A DNA stretch of 64,000 bases from the human T2T-CHM13v2.0 reference genome, Homo sapiens (GCF_009914755.1 NC_060930.1), one strand, 5' to 3'; positions 13,367 through 27,810 are shown, numbered from the stretch's first letter. The notes: generated from the letters alone by a model not told the origin. Numbers and translations: made by a program.

Positions 13367-15192
13367 CTATAATATTGCTATCACAAATTTGTAAGGAGGA
13401 TTAGCAGAGTTATCTGTTTTTTAGCTTATACAGATAAATTTCAGCATAACATTTTACATCTGGTTTTCTCTTTATTCACTAAATTCTATGCTCTCTTACT
13501 CACTAAAAGAAATGTTTGTTTAGGTTAACAATCTGTAAAGCAGTTCTAGCCCTGTATCAATCCATTATGAAAATCTAGGTCAGGATACTATTAATGCATT
13601 TTTACCTAGAATTCTCTTCTAGACATTCGGAGGCAAGTATAATCTTTGTATTAAGGCAGAGTGATCTGGGCTACAGAAATGAAGAGGTTAAAAGTGGTCC
13701 AGATGTGACATGACTACACTATTTACCATCACCGTCATCTTGATAACTGACAAATGATTGACAGCAACACTTGACAATGACATGATTTCCCTAATGTGTT
13801 GATAAGAGCTGAAAGGGGTAATTTTGAATAGAAAAGACTTTGTGGGTTTCTAATACCTGCATACCAGAACTGAGCAGAAAATCACATTCAACTTTTATTG
13901 AAAGAAAATTCACAAAATACTGGAGTAAGGAACCATTAACTTTTGGGACATGTTTTAAATTATCTTTATTTTTATACCCTGAATATTTTATAATCCATTT
14001 TTAAATACTAAAAAATTATTTTTAATCCTAAAAATAATGAACATCAAAATGTAAGATGATCAGACATTTTTAAAAAGGAGCCAGAAGATTAATGGGCCTT
14101 TGGTATAAGCCAGTTACTACAGCTGGGCACTTAAAATGGCTCTAAGTTTCCAAGCAAGAAACGCAAAAAGATAAACACATTGGTTTACACAATTTTTTCT
14201 TCTCTGACAAAATAAAATAAATACGTTTATCTGTAGAAGCAAACTTACTTTCTGGGACCAAATTTCAGACAAAATTTATCACGTGGTTCCTTGATTAAGA
14301 GGTACTGAATAACATAACGATGTCTGCAAGAAACAAAGATATTGCTAAAATGGACAGCTCTGGTATTGATTCACTTTACTGGCTGAGAACATAACATTAA
14401 ATTGTGCTCAGTGAAGCCCTTTCTGCAGGGGATAAGAGGAAATGGCCGAGGTATTCCACTTTCTGATGATTAAAGTTGATAGTGGGCTAGAGCCTGGAGA
14501 CTAGGAGTAGGGATAGTTAACATGCCCATTACACTACCTCCAACATCATATGTCTTACAAGAGCCTTTGGTCTGTGTTAGGAGGCAGTTAACTCATGACT
14601 GAATTCTCACAGTTTCCTGCAGTGCAGATAGTCTATGTTGTTTGCTAAACTGAAAAACTTACAGTTAAGAAGGAGAAGTGGTTACTGAAATGAGAAAGTT
14701 TAAGAGAGAAACTTATATTCTTGCTCAGACAGAAGGTCAACTCAATTCATCTTCAGTTGTGGGAACAGGGTTACCTAAAAGTAGTGCCAGTCTTTTTCAC
14801 AAAGAGGAGCGTTTTATCTTGTAAAGCATTTCACAAAGTATTTGGTTGAATCTTCGTGTTGAGTGCTGCATTTCAGAGATGAGATGACTTCAGAATGAAA
14901 TGTGTTTATGGCAAGTGTTATCAAATACTCTCTAGTTCATAGTGATGGGGGAGTCTGTGGGTGGTCCTTGTAGGATGTCTGTATTTAAGTAAATTATTCA
15001 CATAAATGATACAGAATATGAGACCAATTTCAGATTTATACAAAGATGCTGAGCATTGAAGTATACGGACAAAAAGACAGTATCTCTGGAGTCAGAGAAA
15101 CTGAGTCTTGGTGGTACATCCACTTAGTTCTTTACTGTGTACAATTTTGCCTCCTAAACCTCAGCTTCCTTTTATGAAAAATACATACCAAA

Positions 15193-15557
<365 letters not shown>

Positions 15558-15802
15558 TCAACAATTAGTCTTTCACACATCCCATATCTCATTTGGCAAG
15601 TACCTGTTAATTACTTCTAAATACCAAGGCAATAAGGCTGAGAAAATAAAACATATCAGCATAGCTGGTTATTCAGCTTGCATTCAGCATAGTCATTTCC
15701 CTCCCACCCTACTCCTTCAAAACACTAGTTGTATATTGGAAAGACTCATACAAATGTATTATTTTTTATCTTTTGTTCATGTACTAAAATAGCAGAATAA
15801 AT

Positions 15803-15980
15803 CAGTATTTCTCAAAGTGTGGATGCTAGATTAACTAACTCAGAATTTCTGAGGGTATTTGTCACGTACTGTGTACCCAAGTCAGACCTATTGATTTAAA
15901 ATCTCTGGGTATCAGGAATCTGCATCTTTAAACAAGTGCCATAGTTAACTCATAGGTACAGTAGAGCTTGAGAATATCTA
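15803..15980. mobile_element. MER5-type hAT-Charlie non-autonomous DNA transposon
   Basis: Starts cagtatttctcaaagtgtgg, contains 'caggaatctgcatctttaaacaag', ends ttgagaa. Confidence 0.7.
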
Positions 15981-16167
15981 TAGTAAGTTATGAAATGTCT
16001 TAATCTCAATCCCAGGGAGTAAAACCCTACTATACTGGGCAACATTTTTACTAATCCTAATCCCTTCTCTGCCTTTATCATAACAACACATGTTGCATAA
16101 TATGCAGTGGGGAATATTACTCAGCAGACAGAAAGATTATGCCTGCAGATGTCATACTTGAGTTCAT

Positions 16168-16681
16168 TGTAGAGTATTATATTTCCCAAATGTTGCTCAC
16201 CAATATATCCCATTCCATAGGTTTTTTTTACAATGTGATGTTGACATTCCTCCACCAAAAGATGGAGTCTACGTGCCTGCCCCTCAAATCTAAATGGGGC
16301 CGGTTACTATAGCAAAAATGATGTTATATGACTTCTGAGGCTAAGTCAAAAAAGGCATTATTGTTTCCACCTCTTCTTCTTGGAATTCCTACCCTTAGAA
16401 TCCAGCCACCATGCAGCAAGGAAGCCACATAGCATTTGGGAAGGCCAGATATAGTGCTTTTTCCAACGTCCCAGGCAAGGTGCTAGTTGACCGGCCATGT
16501 AAGTGAATGAGTCTTCATTTGTTTCCAGCCCCCAGACTTGAAGCCACCCCAGCTGATATAATTAAACCAGAGATTTATGAGGAAAGTAAATTTCATATTT
16601 GTGAGTAAATTAAGTGCTGTCATTGTTTTAAACCACTACTAAGATTTTGGGTTGTTACGTATCAATAGATGAAAAGAATAC
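16168..16681 (+). mobile_element. MaLR LTR (MLT1F/G/H-like)
   Basis: Motifs 'ttgacattcctccaccaaaagatggagtcta', 'tgacttctgaggctaagtc', 'ccagccaccatg' and 'tgttttaaaccactactaagattttggg'. Confidence 0.7.
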
Positions 16682-16702
16682 CCAAATTGTCGGTGATTAC
16701 TT

Positions 16703-16999
16703 ATGTTTTTTTTGTTGTTGTTGTTGTTTTTTGAGATGGAGTCTTACTCTGTCACCCGGGCTGGAGTGCAGTGGTGCAATCTAGGTGCAGGCTCTGCCTC
16801 CCAGGTTATCTGCCTCAGCCACCCTAGTAGCTTAAATTACAGGCACCCACCACCACACCCAGCTAATTTTTGTATTTTTAGTAGAGACAGGGTTTCACCA
16901 TGTTGGCCAGGCTGGTCTCGAACTCCTGGCCTCAAATGATCTGCCTGCCTTGGCCTCCTGAAGTGCTGGGATTACAGGCGTGAGCCACCACACATGGCC
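16703..16999 (-). mobile_element. AluS with small internal deletions and a (TTG)n tail
   Basis: Antisense Alu dimer. Degenerate TSD tgtcggtgattactt / tgtaggtaattattt. Confidence 0.9.
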
Positions 17000-17479
17000 T
17001 GTGTAGGTAATTATTTTTGAATCCCAACTGGTGATGTTATCTTCTTCTTGTGGTCATCTGACATATTCTTATCTGTATTCCATTTATTCAATCAATATGG
17101 GCCATTTCCACTGGGAGTTCTGGAAGCCTGGATTCAACTCTTCTCCTATCCTGCATCAATGAATTGGGCAAATGACAGGTTACATGGCTCTTCTATAGTA
17201 AATATGGGAAGTTGATTGACTATAGACTCCATTTAAAAGGAAACCAACTGTTTAAAACAAAAGAGAGCATGGGATTGAATATCACTAGTCAAAGATTAGA
17301 GAAGGATGTTACAGAGTTGAAAAATGCAACATATAAATGAATGAGAGAGAAAAGCAAGATAAATTGCTATCAACGATTTGCCTAAGTACAGCTGAAACCA
17401 GTTGCATTTGAGTGGATCTGTTTTAAAGCTTCTCTAACTAAAACATTATTCTAAGGCCTGAGAAAACCATAGCTAAGTC

Positions 17480-18560
17480 TGACAGTCTTTCCCCTTTAGG
17501 ACCTCACTTTGCTGGTGGAGGAGATATATGGGCAGACAAATATCTCTAAGAGAGTTTATCATAATGGAGGTCATAATATAGAAATGATAATATGGGGTAG
17601 AAGGATTCATGCCAACAAGATAGATCAGTATCACAAGGTTGGGATAAAGTTTGACAAGATAATATCTTGTGGTGAGGGAAGGATATGTCATTGAAAGTAT
17701 ATCATTCCAACTTGAGAAACAGAGGAAAGGCCAGAGGATGCAGCTCACACCTGAGGAACATTTATTGTCATTATGACCTGGGATGGGTTGACTGCTTATT
17801 AGAAGATACAGTTGTAGGAAGAGGTCAAGGTCTTTACTGGTCTGAACACATAGGCTTTGTTTTCAATGAGGAAATTACAGGGTTTAGAAAGTAGGGAAAA
17901 AATGAAATTTGTTTTAATGATGATAACCAAGGTAGTCATGCAAAGTATGCATCAGATAGTGGTGGCAAGAAAAAGTCTATTAAGAAACAATTGCATTACT
18001 GAAGCCAATATGAGCCCAAAGCAGGGTAGTGGCCAGCAAAAGAATATGAAGAGTTAAATAGATGCAAAAGATGTTAAGGAGGTGGGTCTGATGGGCTCTG
18101 ATGATTAATGGCCAGTCTGGGTTCAGTCTGTGGGCAAAGAGAAAATGGAAGAATGATGATGACGCTGTTAACAGAAAAGAGCTGTTGATTGAGTATCCGT
18201 GTGTGCGTGTGAGTGAACGGGCTGTGTGAGTATCTCCCCACTGGCTTAGAGCTGCTTCAGGGCAACCTTCTTCAGTGTCTACTATTTTATCATATAACGT
18301 GCTCAGTAAATGATTTCCGATATTAATTTAAATGATGGAGAAGACAAAGGAAGAGTAAATGCCACTAATATTTATAAAAAGACAAAGATGTACTGGAAGA
18401 TTTATGTGGTAGGAGCTTTACACATGCATGAAATTTAATCTTTCAACAATGCTATGAAGTAAAAATGATTATTCCTATTTTACAGGTGATAAAACTAAGG
18501 TGCAAGCTGGCTGTATGCACTAATGTCTGGAAATGGCATCCCTGTATATCTGACTATGCA
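17480..18560. mobile_element. Ancient L2 and MIR remnants
   Basis: Purine-rich L2-like antisense tract, an L2 3'-end motif (gtgctcagtaaatg) near 18300, and an antisense MIR core (attattcctattttacaggtgataaaactaagg) near 18470. Confidence 0.45.
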
Positions 18561-19671
18561 GATTATGTCTTTTCTCATCTAGCATTAAGATCTTCTAGCA
18601 AAATGATCTGTCTCTGCTCATTTTCCAAAATTCCCTGCAGGCCCACACATGCACACATTGAATGTTAAAGATTAAGAGTAACTTGATTTAGTTCATCACT
18701 ATTTCTCTAATCATTAAGTTACCTATTGTGTTGCTTTTTGGTGGGTGGCACTGGTGCAGAGAGAGCATTTTATAGATTACAAATCGCTTCTATGTGCCTT
18801 TGATTTTCAACCAATCCAATAAAAGATTTCACTCTCTCTGAGGATTGATGCACAGTGGAGGGTATATCAAATATTGCAACGTATAGTAACCTAATATTTG
18901 AGAAAGTCAGAGATGCTCCAGGAGAATATGTGTACAAAACAAGCTACCTAATAAATTAAATGCACTCTTCTACAACAGAGGGGCCATAATTGCATTTGCT
19001 TGACTTTGTACAAGTACAAAAAAAAAGTATATTATTTTTAAATACCCCCAGAAAAAATAAAATACCAAAAGCATTTGTTTTGGGTGTTTAGGATTATAAA
19101 TATCTTTGTTCTGCAAAAAAAGAAATTATACCTCAACATAGGCTAGGTATATATTTTGTGGACAGGCAACTGGAATATATGGTTAGAAGGAAGTAGAGAA
19201 AACAAAACAAATAAAACTGAAGTGGGCCACCAAAGTATAGTGCTGCTCATTTCAGAAGATCATACTGTAAATGTTCTTTCCAAAGACATTTAAATGATTT
19301 TTTTACATATAGATTTTGTATAAAATAGTGCATATTTCTGAAATGCCTCTGTGTCTCAGACTAGTGGAAAATATTATCTTTTTGGTTTTCTCCAATCAGA
19401 GAAGTTACAGGGAGCATTACAGACTGTTTACTTATTTAGTGAAAGCTGTAAGTGTGCCTGGTATTGTGTAGGCTTCAGCATATTTGAAATACACGTAGAA
19501 TCTCAAATATGTTGCATCCTCTGAACACAGTCAGACAATCTATGTGCTGGGAAATGAAGCACAACAATGTAATATTTCCTTCTAATATCAGTCTTTCAAT
19601 TCCCCTATTGAATCTCTAACACTATATTTCATAATCAGGTCAGTGATGACTATACATCAACACATGTTTTC

Positions 19672-19674
<3 letters not shown>

Positions 19675-19702
<28 letters not shown>
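19675..19702. repeat. (TG)14 microsatellite
   Basis: Read directly. Confidence 0.95.
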
Positions 19703-19707
<5 letters not shown>

Positions 19708-22700
19708 CTTCTTATTGCCCTGAAATGCCAAAACCCTTCACACTAGCCCATAAAAGTAACCAAAATAAACGGGTGAATGTGTATAGGTCTATTAAAAACA
19801 TAACCATTACTTCTACAATGATGACCAGCTTAATGCATTTTGGAACATACCATAGCTAATATTACTCTGAAAATATTTATTAAGCACATGAACATCTAGA
19901 CATAATTCATTATAATGTACTAAACTGTTAGGTTTATAGGATTTCACATCTATCATACTTTCTAAGTTTGGTTCTTCAGTTTTAAGCAATAATAGTATTT
20001 TTTTTATTATTTTTTAAGGAGTGACTTCATTATAACACAATAGGAAGAGTTATGTGAACTTAAGACACGAGGAAGACTATGAATGTGTTGATACTCCTTT
20101 ATGGGAAAGGTTATTGTTTTGTTTGAACAATAAAGCTATTGATTGCTCCCTAATATTGGGGGGAAATAGGAGATTTTATTAGCATTTGTTTGGAAATACA
20201 AGAACACATTACATTCTCCTTAACATAATAAACATAATAGCTATGATTTAATGAGCTCTGTGCATGTTGCAGGAAGCTTGCATCAATTACCTCACAATGA
20301 CCCTATGGAGTGGGTCAATGGAGAGGAAACTGACACCTGAAGAGGTCCACTATCTGGCCGTGATGCTGATAAGTAGCAAGCGTCAGTGTTGAAATGGGAG
20401 TCCGGGATATCAACTTCATTCTTTTAGTTTGCTTTATGCTGTTTTTTGTTTTTTATTTTATTTTTTTAACAGTGGGTCTTTCTACAAAATAATTCAGCTG
20501 TATTGGCTATAATTCTATAATGACTTTTTAGGAGGTTGATGCCCCCCTCCACAACACTTTTTGTGAGGCATTTTAATTACGGATTACATTACCTTTGAAA
20601 TCCAAAGTGGATTTACTTAAAAGAAAACATAAATGAAGTCACTCTTTTTGTGAGGATATAAAGGATATTCAAGCACTATATTTTACTGCTTTATAAAATA
20701 TTAACATTCTTCATTGACTTTGGAGTGCAAAAGAAAAGTAGTATCTCATACAAAACCTGAAAATTATGGGATGAAATTTAATTGTTATTTACTAAAAAGT
20801 AGGTGTTGATAGATTTTTCAACTTTACAAGGTTTAGTCATTTTGTGGATTCTAGGTCTCTTTTTTAAAAAAGCAAAGATATAAACATAAAGATATTTTAA
20901 TCATCGTGGAAGATAAATTAATATAATGAGAAAGCCTTCACTACTTTCTTTCTGTTATTCCATCTCTGTTGTGTTTTTCTATGATATAAACCTTAATCAT
21001 GCTTTCTTTAACACATTCATAGTAACTGGGAGGTATAGTTATTTTGCAATTTTTTCGATCTGTGAATTTTGTTGGGATACATTTTAGAGTTTTTAATGTT
21101 GATTAAAAATATGAAGATACAGAAAAGTAAAAAAGCATATATACTTATGTATATTAAACAATAGTATAATGTATAAAATCAGTAGTATATATTAACATTA
21201 TATATCATATTATATATGTGAATTATTTTACTATTTTAGTATATGTATGTATAAATAAATCTATAGAAGAAAAATAACAGGCTTTGAAGGACAAATCGTG
21301 TGACTAATGCCAGAATAATTGAATTCATTTACATTACATATAAAAGATATAATAAGAAATTTTGATATAAGGATATTTGCTAAGTAACCATGTGAATTTT
21401 AAAGCCACACTAACTTAGATGAATTCAAAATCTATATTTAAAATGCTTTCTAATCTTGGGATAGATGTCTGATCCCTAAAACGCGGATTCTTTATTTGTA
21501 GAAAGGAGTTAAGGATGATATCTCAAAGGAATATTGTGAAAATTAACAACAAGCTAATGAATAAAAAATGTTTGGCTGAGTAGTTCTAGGAAACAGTAAG
21601 TAGCCAGTTAATGATACTTGTATTTTATTTCTGTAAAATGCCTTTTTAATTTTAATAACTATTTGTGGATTGAAACACCATTTTAGGTAATTTTATTGAT
21701 CAACAGTGTGGAAGAACTTGAGAGATTGTCCAGGACAAACCTCACTGTTATGGCAAAATAAAATTTGAAGATGTTAGAGCAGCCCTTTTCTGGAGTGGTA
21801 GAACAGGTTAACGGTAAAATCAGCCTTGGAACCCACCCTTCCTGACATTGAATGTACTGGGTCCCCCTCTACTACTGGGGTTTGGTGAAACAAGTAAATG
21901 ACATTTTCCTCTACCAATACAGACCTAATTGGAACACAAGAGACAGAATGGTGGTGAAATAACTGATTGGAGAATGTGCCTAATATTTCGTCCCTGAATA
22001 CGACTGATTTTCCCACTCAGTCACAGACAGCTCTGGAACACGAAGAACCTTCCAACTGGGCATTGCCTTCCTACGATTCTAACATACAGAAGAGAGGGCA
22101 GGGTCTGCTTCTCGAGTATGGATTGCCAAGAACAAAAAGCAAAAGAAATAAAACAACCCTGATGGGCCTGAGCTGAGTGTGCCCAATTTCCTAACCAAGA
22201 TTTACCAGTCACATAAATGAGTGAAGGTAGAGAAAAGATCTAGTCTGAGAAATTCCTTCTCATGAAAAGGGAAAGAAAGAAAAAAAGAAGATCCTATGAT
22301 ATACTAAAAATAAAATGCAAGTATTACATTTCATTATATTTAGTATCTAACCATAATTTATATGGGCCTACTGTGTAATATATTTAAGATAAAAACATTT
22401 CCATGATTTTATTGTAAACTTCTCCATTTCATATCAGTCCTTTACAGTAATAATCTAAATTACGTGAATAATAAAACTATTCACTCATCTTCTCTAAACC
22501 TCATTGCATTTGAGAAGATCTGGCTTGCCCTAATCTTTTGTTCCTCATTGCCAAACTGTCTTAATCATTTTGCTTTCTCTGTAAGAGTCACATTTTAAAA
22601 CCTGATCTTGGTGGCTTTTCTCCAACTGTTTCCTCTTATGTGGATTATGAAAACTTTCTTGAAATCTAGCTTGTAACCTCAAGAGCTCACTAAAGTCCCA

Positions 22701-24137
22701 AAGGCAGTATTTAATGCACAAAAATGTGTGCTCTACCTTGTTATTTTGATTAAGATTATATTTAAAATAAATTTAAAATAGTGACATGAAAAGCAAAATA
22801 AATCAGTTTAGAATGAGTGCCAAGTCTAATAAATAGCATAATCTGAATGTATTTAATAGTAAGGGAATGAAATATAATGCTATGGGAACTTGCTAATTTG
22901 CAATAACTATGAGGAGATCTGTTAATACTACATACTACAGGTTATTGTATTTTGAGGATTAGCAAGAACGTGAAAAACACAGGATGTGAAATTAGAGATA
23001 GCAAATGTAATGCATTTATTTTCAAGGACTGTTTTAACTATTCTCAGTGTTTTGTAATGTATTGGTAAATGCATATAATAGTCTTGGTAAAATTTATGAA
23101 ATTTTTCTCAATAGCATTTTCTGTTGGCTATTATTTTTTTACTGACAAGATCTCTTTGTGAAAGATCACATCTCTTTGTAAAAGATCTCAAGTGACAAGG
23201 TTTCTTTGTGAAAATTTTGAAGATTATGAGATTATTAGAAAGAGTTCCTGAAGTTCCATGACAGTTGTTATTTCATCTTGACAAATTTTACATCAGAGGC
23301 TGGTAACTTTCATGTAATATTTAGTATTATAAGCAAATCAGCACTTTTCTGACTATCCTATTTATATTTCACACTCCAGAGTAAAAGCAATGAATGTATT
23401 TATTCAAAATGAAAAAAATATATATCTTTTTTTTCACATGTAGGACCTCAATTTGAGTGAATATTGTTGAACTGAGTTGAGTATGCCTGGGAGGGATTAC
23501 TGAATTTGAGGTTAATAATCACTCTATAAGCATTATATTTTAAAAAGCAATTGACTCTCATCTCCAGACACTGTTGCTGTCCATCACATGGCGGCCCTGT
23601 TTATTTTCTCTGTTGCACACATGTTTATTTTCTATCTTTCTCTCTCTGCATCAAGGGCCGTATGGGCAAGGCCTTCAAGGTTTGCTTTCCATTGGATTCC
23701 CTGGTCCTCACATAGTATCTGAGATGTGCAGACACTTAATGGCCATTTGCCAAATGAAAGGACAGAATCAGATCAGCAGGACTTTGTGGATTTTTACACG
23801 GAGCAATTTACATGTAGTTCACTATGAACTAGGCCTTCATTTGCATGTGTTATTAGGAGTGAGTCTTCATGCAACTGAATATTCATGCTCTATGAGATTG
23901 TGTTGGCGAAGTTCTGAGACCCTTTGCTGGCACAGAGCGGGCCCTGAAATCGTCTAGACTTGTTAATATACAAATCTTGGTGAATGCAACTATAAAGAAA
24001 AAAAAACACAGTTGAATTGGAAAGTTTTATTTTTCTCCTTTTTCAGAAAACATTTCTGTCTCTATGCAACCAAGTTAAGAGCATCAACAAATGGTTAAGA
24101 GTTTGCCTTCTGAAAATGAAGCTAGAACAGAAAAGAA

Positions 24138-24310
24138 GGCTTTGGCAAACTCAAGGCCACTGGCCAGATCCAGCTCGAGAGCTAGGAATGTTTTCCACAT
24201 TTTTAAACAATTTTTTTTAAAGAAAATTAAGAATATATCATAGAGACCATATGTGGCTCACAAAGCCTAAAATATTTGCTATCTATCTTTTTATAACACC
24301 ATTCGCCTCA
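24138..24310. mobile_element. MER58-type hAT DNA transposon remnant
   Basis: 'ttggcaaact...ggccagatccagc' and 'agagaccatatgtggctcacaaagcctaaaatatttgctatct'. Confidence 0.7.
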
Positions 24311-25499
24311 CTAGATGATGCCATTTAACAACCAAAATAAAATGAGTGTGAATAATAATACATTTTAGTGTTTTACAAACAGATTGTTTACTGAGAAATT
24401 ATCATCCTAAGTGTGTTTCATGTATATTCTTCATGGAGTTTTGCTTTTTTAGTCTTGGATGGGCCTTGGATTCTTAATTCTGGCAATAAGAATAAGAATC
24501 ATCGACCAATAGGAAAACGAAGACATTTTTCATTCCCATTTAAATCAATATTAGAAACATTGTATCTCTGACTTTACAATGTAAACAAGAAAAAATGCTA
24601 TTGCATGTATCATTTATTTAACTTGATTTTTCTTTCTTCAAAATCAATGTTTATCATAGAAAGATATATTGCACAAATGTGCTGTATGCCATTAGCAATA
24701 AGAGGTTATTAATAAAACAAATAAATGAGAGAAAAAGAAAAAGGGAGATGACAACCTGTGTTCAGTATTTTTGGTTTAATTTATAACTCATTTTATAATA
24801 TGAGACTTTCATACAGCATAAATATAACTGGTTTCCTATAGATTTCCAGAAATGCTGACCAAATATTTTTGAGCCCTGGAAAACTTCCATTTCAAGAAAG
24901 TATATTTTTCATCTTGTTCAGCTTGAAAGGATAAGTCTACCATACAAATATATCTTATTCTATGTATTTATTTCCAATAAAATGAAATGATAGGACTATA
25001 TTTTATAGGCCTCATTCAGACCTGAGTTAAAAGGCCATTTAGATGCTCAACTACTACTGAATGTGTAGTGATAAGAGTACCTAAAAAGTAGGAGAGTTTG
25101 AATACACAGTACACAGTGCTTCCTCATTGGAGAATCTTTGTCACAAGTTGTAGATGTTTAGCTCTTCAGAGGTTTGCAGCCCTGGCCATTTATAAGTAAA
25201 TGGAGAGCAGCCAAGCCAGAGCTCTGGAAGCAGGAGTGTCTCATAAGACCTGCTGTTTGGTTATGCAGGCTTTTCACAATCCTGGGGACTTCATATTTGC
25301 ATTACTAATAGCGCTGTTTTTAAGGGCACTGGCATTTTAGGTGGATTGAATAACAATATTTTTCCCTATTTCAGCTGTACAAATTGACTCATACTAAGGA
25401 AAGACCACACCTTTTTTTCTTCTGCATATTCATTTCAGAGTGTTTATGTGTGGATGATATTTAAAAGGCAAATGTGTGACTGAGTAGGAAATCTTATAC

Positions 25500-25930
25500 A
25501 GATGTTTGTAGCTTTGACTTTCTAACTCTGCCACTTACTAGCTACATACTCTTAGCAAGTTACTCAACCATTTTTTAGCATTAGTTTTCTAATCTTTGAA
25601 ATTGTTATCATGATTCTTGTTTCACGGCATACTCATCAATTAGTGTAAGTATTTACTGAGGGGATTCTATATACCAGGGACTCTTCCTGGGCCCTGAGAT
25701 ATGGTGGTGAACAGGACAAATTTTTGACTATGTGCAGCTGAGGTTATAGTGCACAACCATTATAAATGAATATAAATTATGAGCAATAGAGTGAGCCTTC
25801 ATTAATTGTTATGTTTCTGCTCTGTTTGCCTTGCCTGTCTCTTCTGCTAGACTGATATCTCCTTAAGGGCAGGATCTCTTACCTCATTTGTCTCACCCTG
25901 GTCTTTAATAAGTAACTATTAATTAAATGG
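25500..25930. mobile_element. MIR and L2 remnants
   Basis: MIR motif 'ctctgccacttactagct...gcaagttactcaac'. L2-like 'tatttactgag...ataccaggg' and 'ccttaagggcaggatct'. Confidence 0.55.
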
Positions 25931-26197
25931 ATACATTTTGTCTTTTAATTCCATGTGAACTCCTCATTGTGCTGAATCATGATTTTTTAAAAATTTCAGC
26001 CAACTATTCTACTGCACACACACACATACATATACACATGTAAATGCTATCTTTGGGATGGATTCAGAATGTTTGTACCAGTTTCTGAATCTTAAAGTGA
26101 GGAGAACAGTGTGACAGCTTGTGGACCCCAAGTTAACTTTCAGTGCCATGTACAGTCATTGCTTGTTCTCATCTCTCTTGAAATTATTGTTGATTGT

Positions 26198-26503
26198 GGC
26201 CAGGCACGGTGGCTCACGTCTGTAATCCCAGTACTTTGGGAGGCCGAGGCGGGCGGATCACGAGGTCAGGAGATCGAGACCATCCTGGCTAACATGGTGA
26301 AATCCCGTCTCTACTAAAAAATACAAAAAAATTAGCCTGGCGCGGTGGCAGGCGTCTGTAGTCCCGCTACTCGGGAGGCTGAGGCAGGAGAATGGCATGA
26401 ACCCAGGAGGTGGAGGTTGCAGTTAGCAGAGATAGCGCCACTGCAGTCTGGTCTGGGTGAAAGAGCAAGACTCCGTCTCAAAAAAAAAAAAAAAAAAAAA
26501 AAA
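26198..26503 (+). mobile_element. AluY-lineage element (possibly AluYe-like) with a pure poly(A) tail
   Basis: AluY diagnostics plus 'gagatagcgccactgcagtctggtctgggtgaaag'. A27 run at 26480-26506. 16-bp TSD aaattattgttgattg at 26181-26196 and 26504-26519. Confidence 0.95.
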
Positions 26504-26916
26504 AAATTATTGTTGATTGCTCTAACAATTCCAATAGAAATGACTTCCCTCCCCTGGCAAGAAGTACAGAAAGCTCAGGTTCCCTCTGTCTCTCCCTCTC
26601 TCCATCCCTCCCACCACACCTTGTCTACTCTATTGAGGCTGGAAATTGGTAACTTGGCATGTGGCCCTTAAGAGCTTTTCTTTTTCCAGATTTCTAGCTC
26701 ACTACCAACTTTGAACCAAATGAAATTTAACTTCATCTTCAAATCCAATATCCTCCTTGCTCCCTACAGCAGTTAATTTCATCACCTTTTTTCTACCAAG
26801 TTATCTGGTCTGAAAACTAGAAAATATTCAATACTTCCCTTTTATTCATTAACATATTTATTTATTTACTTAAGGAGAATGCTTGACATGAGGTTTAGGA
26901 TGATTTTTTTAAAGCA

Positions 26917-27292
26917 TGGACTGTAGTTTGACTGTATATGTTCCTGAATTTCTCATGTTGGAACTTTGATCTCAAGGTGATAGTATTTAAGGCCTTTGGG
27001 GGAAGTGATGAAGGCATCAGGGCTCTGCCCTGGTGAACGGGATTAATGCCTTTATAACAGATGGTTGAGAGAACTGCCTGGCCCTTTTACCCTTCTGCCT
27101 TTCCACCACGTGAGGACATAGCAACAAGGAGTCACTTTTAAAGCAATGGGAGCCAGCCCTCACCGGATACTGAATCTGCCAAGCCTTGGTCGTGGACATC
27201 TCCATCTCCAGCACTGTGAGAAATAAATTTCTATCTCTTATAAATTACCCCATCTGTGGTATTTTGTTATAGCAGCAGGATTGGACTAAGAC
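26917..27292 (+). mobile_element. MaLR LTR (MSTD/MLT1A-like)
   Basis: 'gggattaatgcctttataa', 'ccacgtgaggaca', 'actgtgagaaataaatttct', 'ggtattttgttatagcagc...gactaagac'. Confidence 0.85.
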
Positions 27293-27299
27293 TGCATAC

Positions 27300-27810
27300 T
27301 ATGTTATTGTCTCTTCACTGCTGAAAAATATTCTATGAATTCCTGCTGCTTACAAGGTAAAAAATTCAAATGCCTGTGGATAGTGCAGACTTCATAATAT
27401 GACTTCAGTCTACACTTATATGCTCATTTCAGATCACTTTCTCCCAGTCATCTAATTACACTTAACCCTAGACAGAGTATACGTTGTTATTTCTTCTTCT
27501 GTTTTCTCTAGTCTGGAATGCCTTCCTTCCATACCTCTAGTTGGTCAACTTTCACTTTTCTCTTAAAACTCAGCTCAATATTTTCTTCAAGTCTTGTATT
27601 TGTCTACACGACTCTTGGTTGGCATTAATTTACTCTTTCTGGTGCATCTGTAGCACTTCAGCCATCACAGTTGTCATATTATGTTCATATTAATTTTGCT
27701 CAATTTTCCTCCCTGGTTAAACTCAGTTACCGTTCCAATGCCAAGTCTTCATCATTGTATCTCTGCTACCTAATGCAATACCTGACACATGTTCAATTAT
27801 TTGTTGGGAG
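27300..27810 (+). mobile_element. L2 LINE 3' remnant
   Basis: 'ctggaatgccttcc', 'aaaactcagctcaa', and the 3' end 'acctgacacat..tcaattatttgttg'. Confidence 0.6.

Noticed and set aside
25360-25500. Plus-strand acceptor-like sites (25373, also about 49935 and 59515)
   Set aside because: I found no convincing paired donor at exon distance. Isolated pyrimidine-AG tracts are common.
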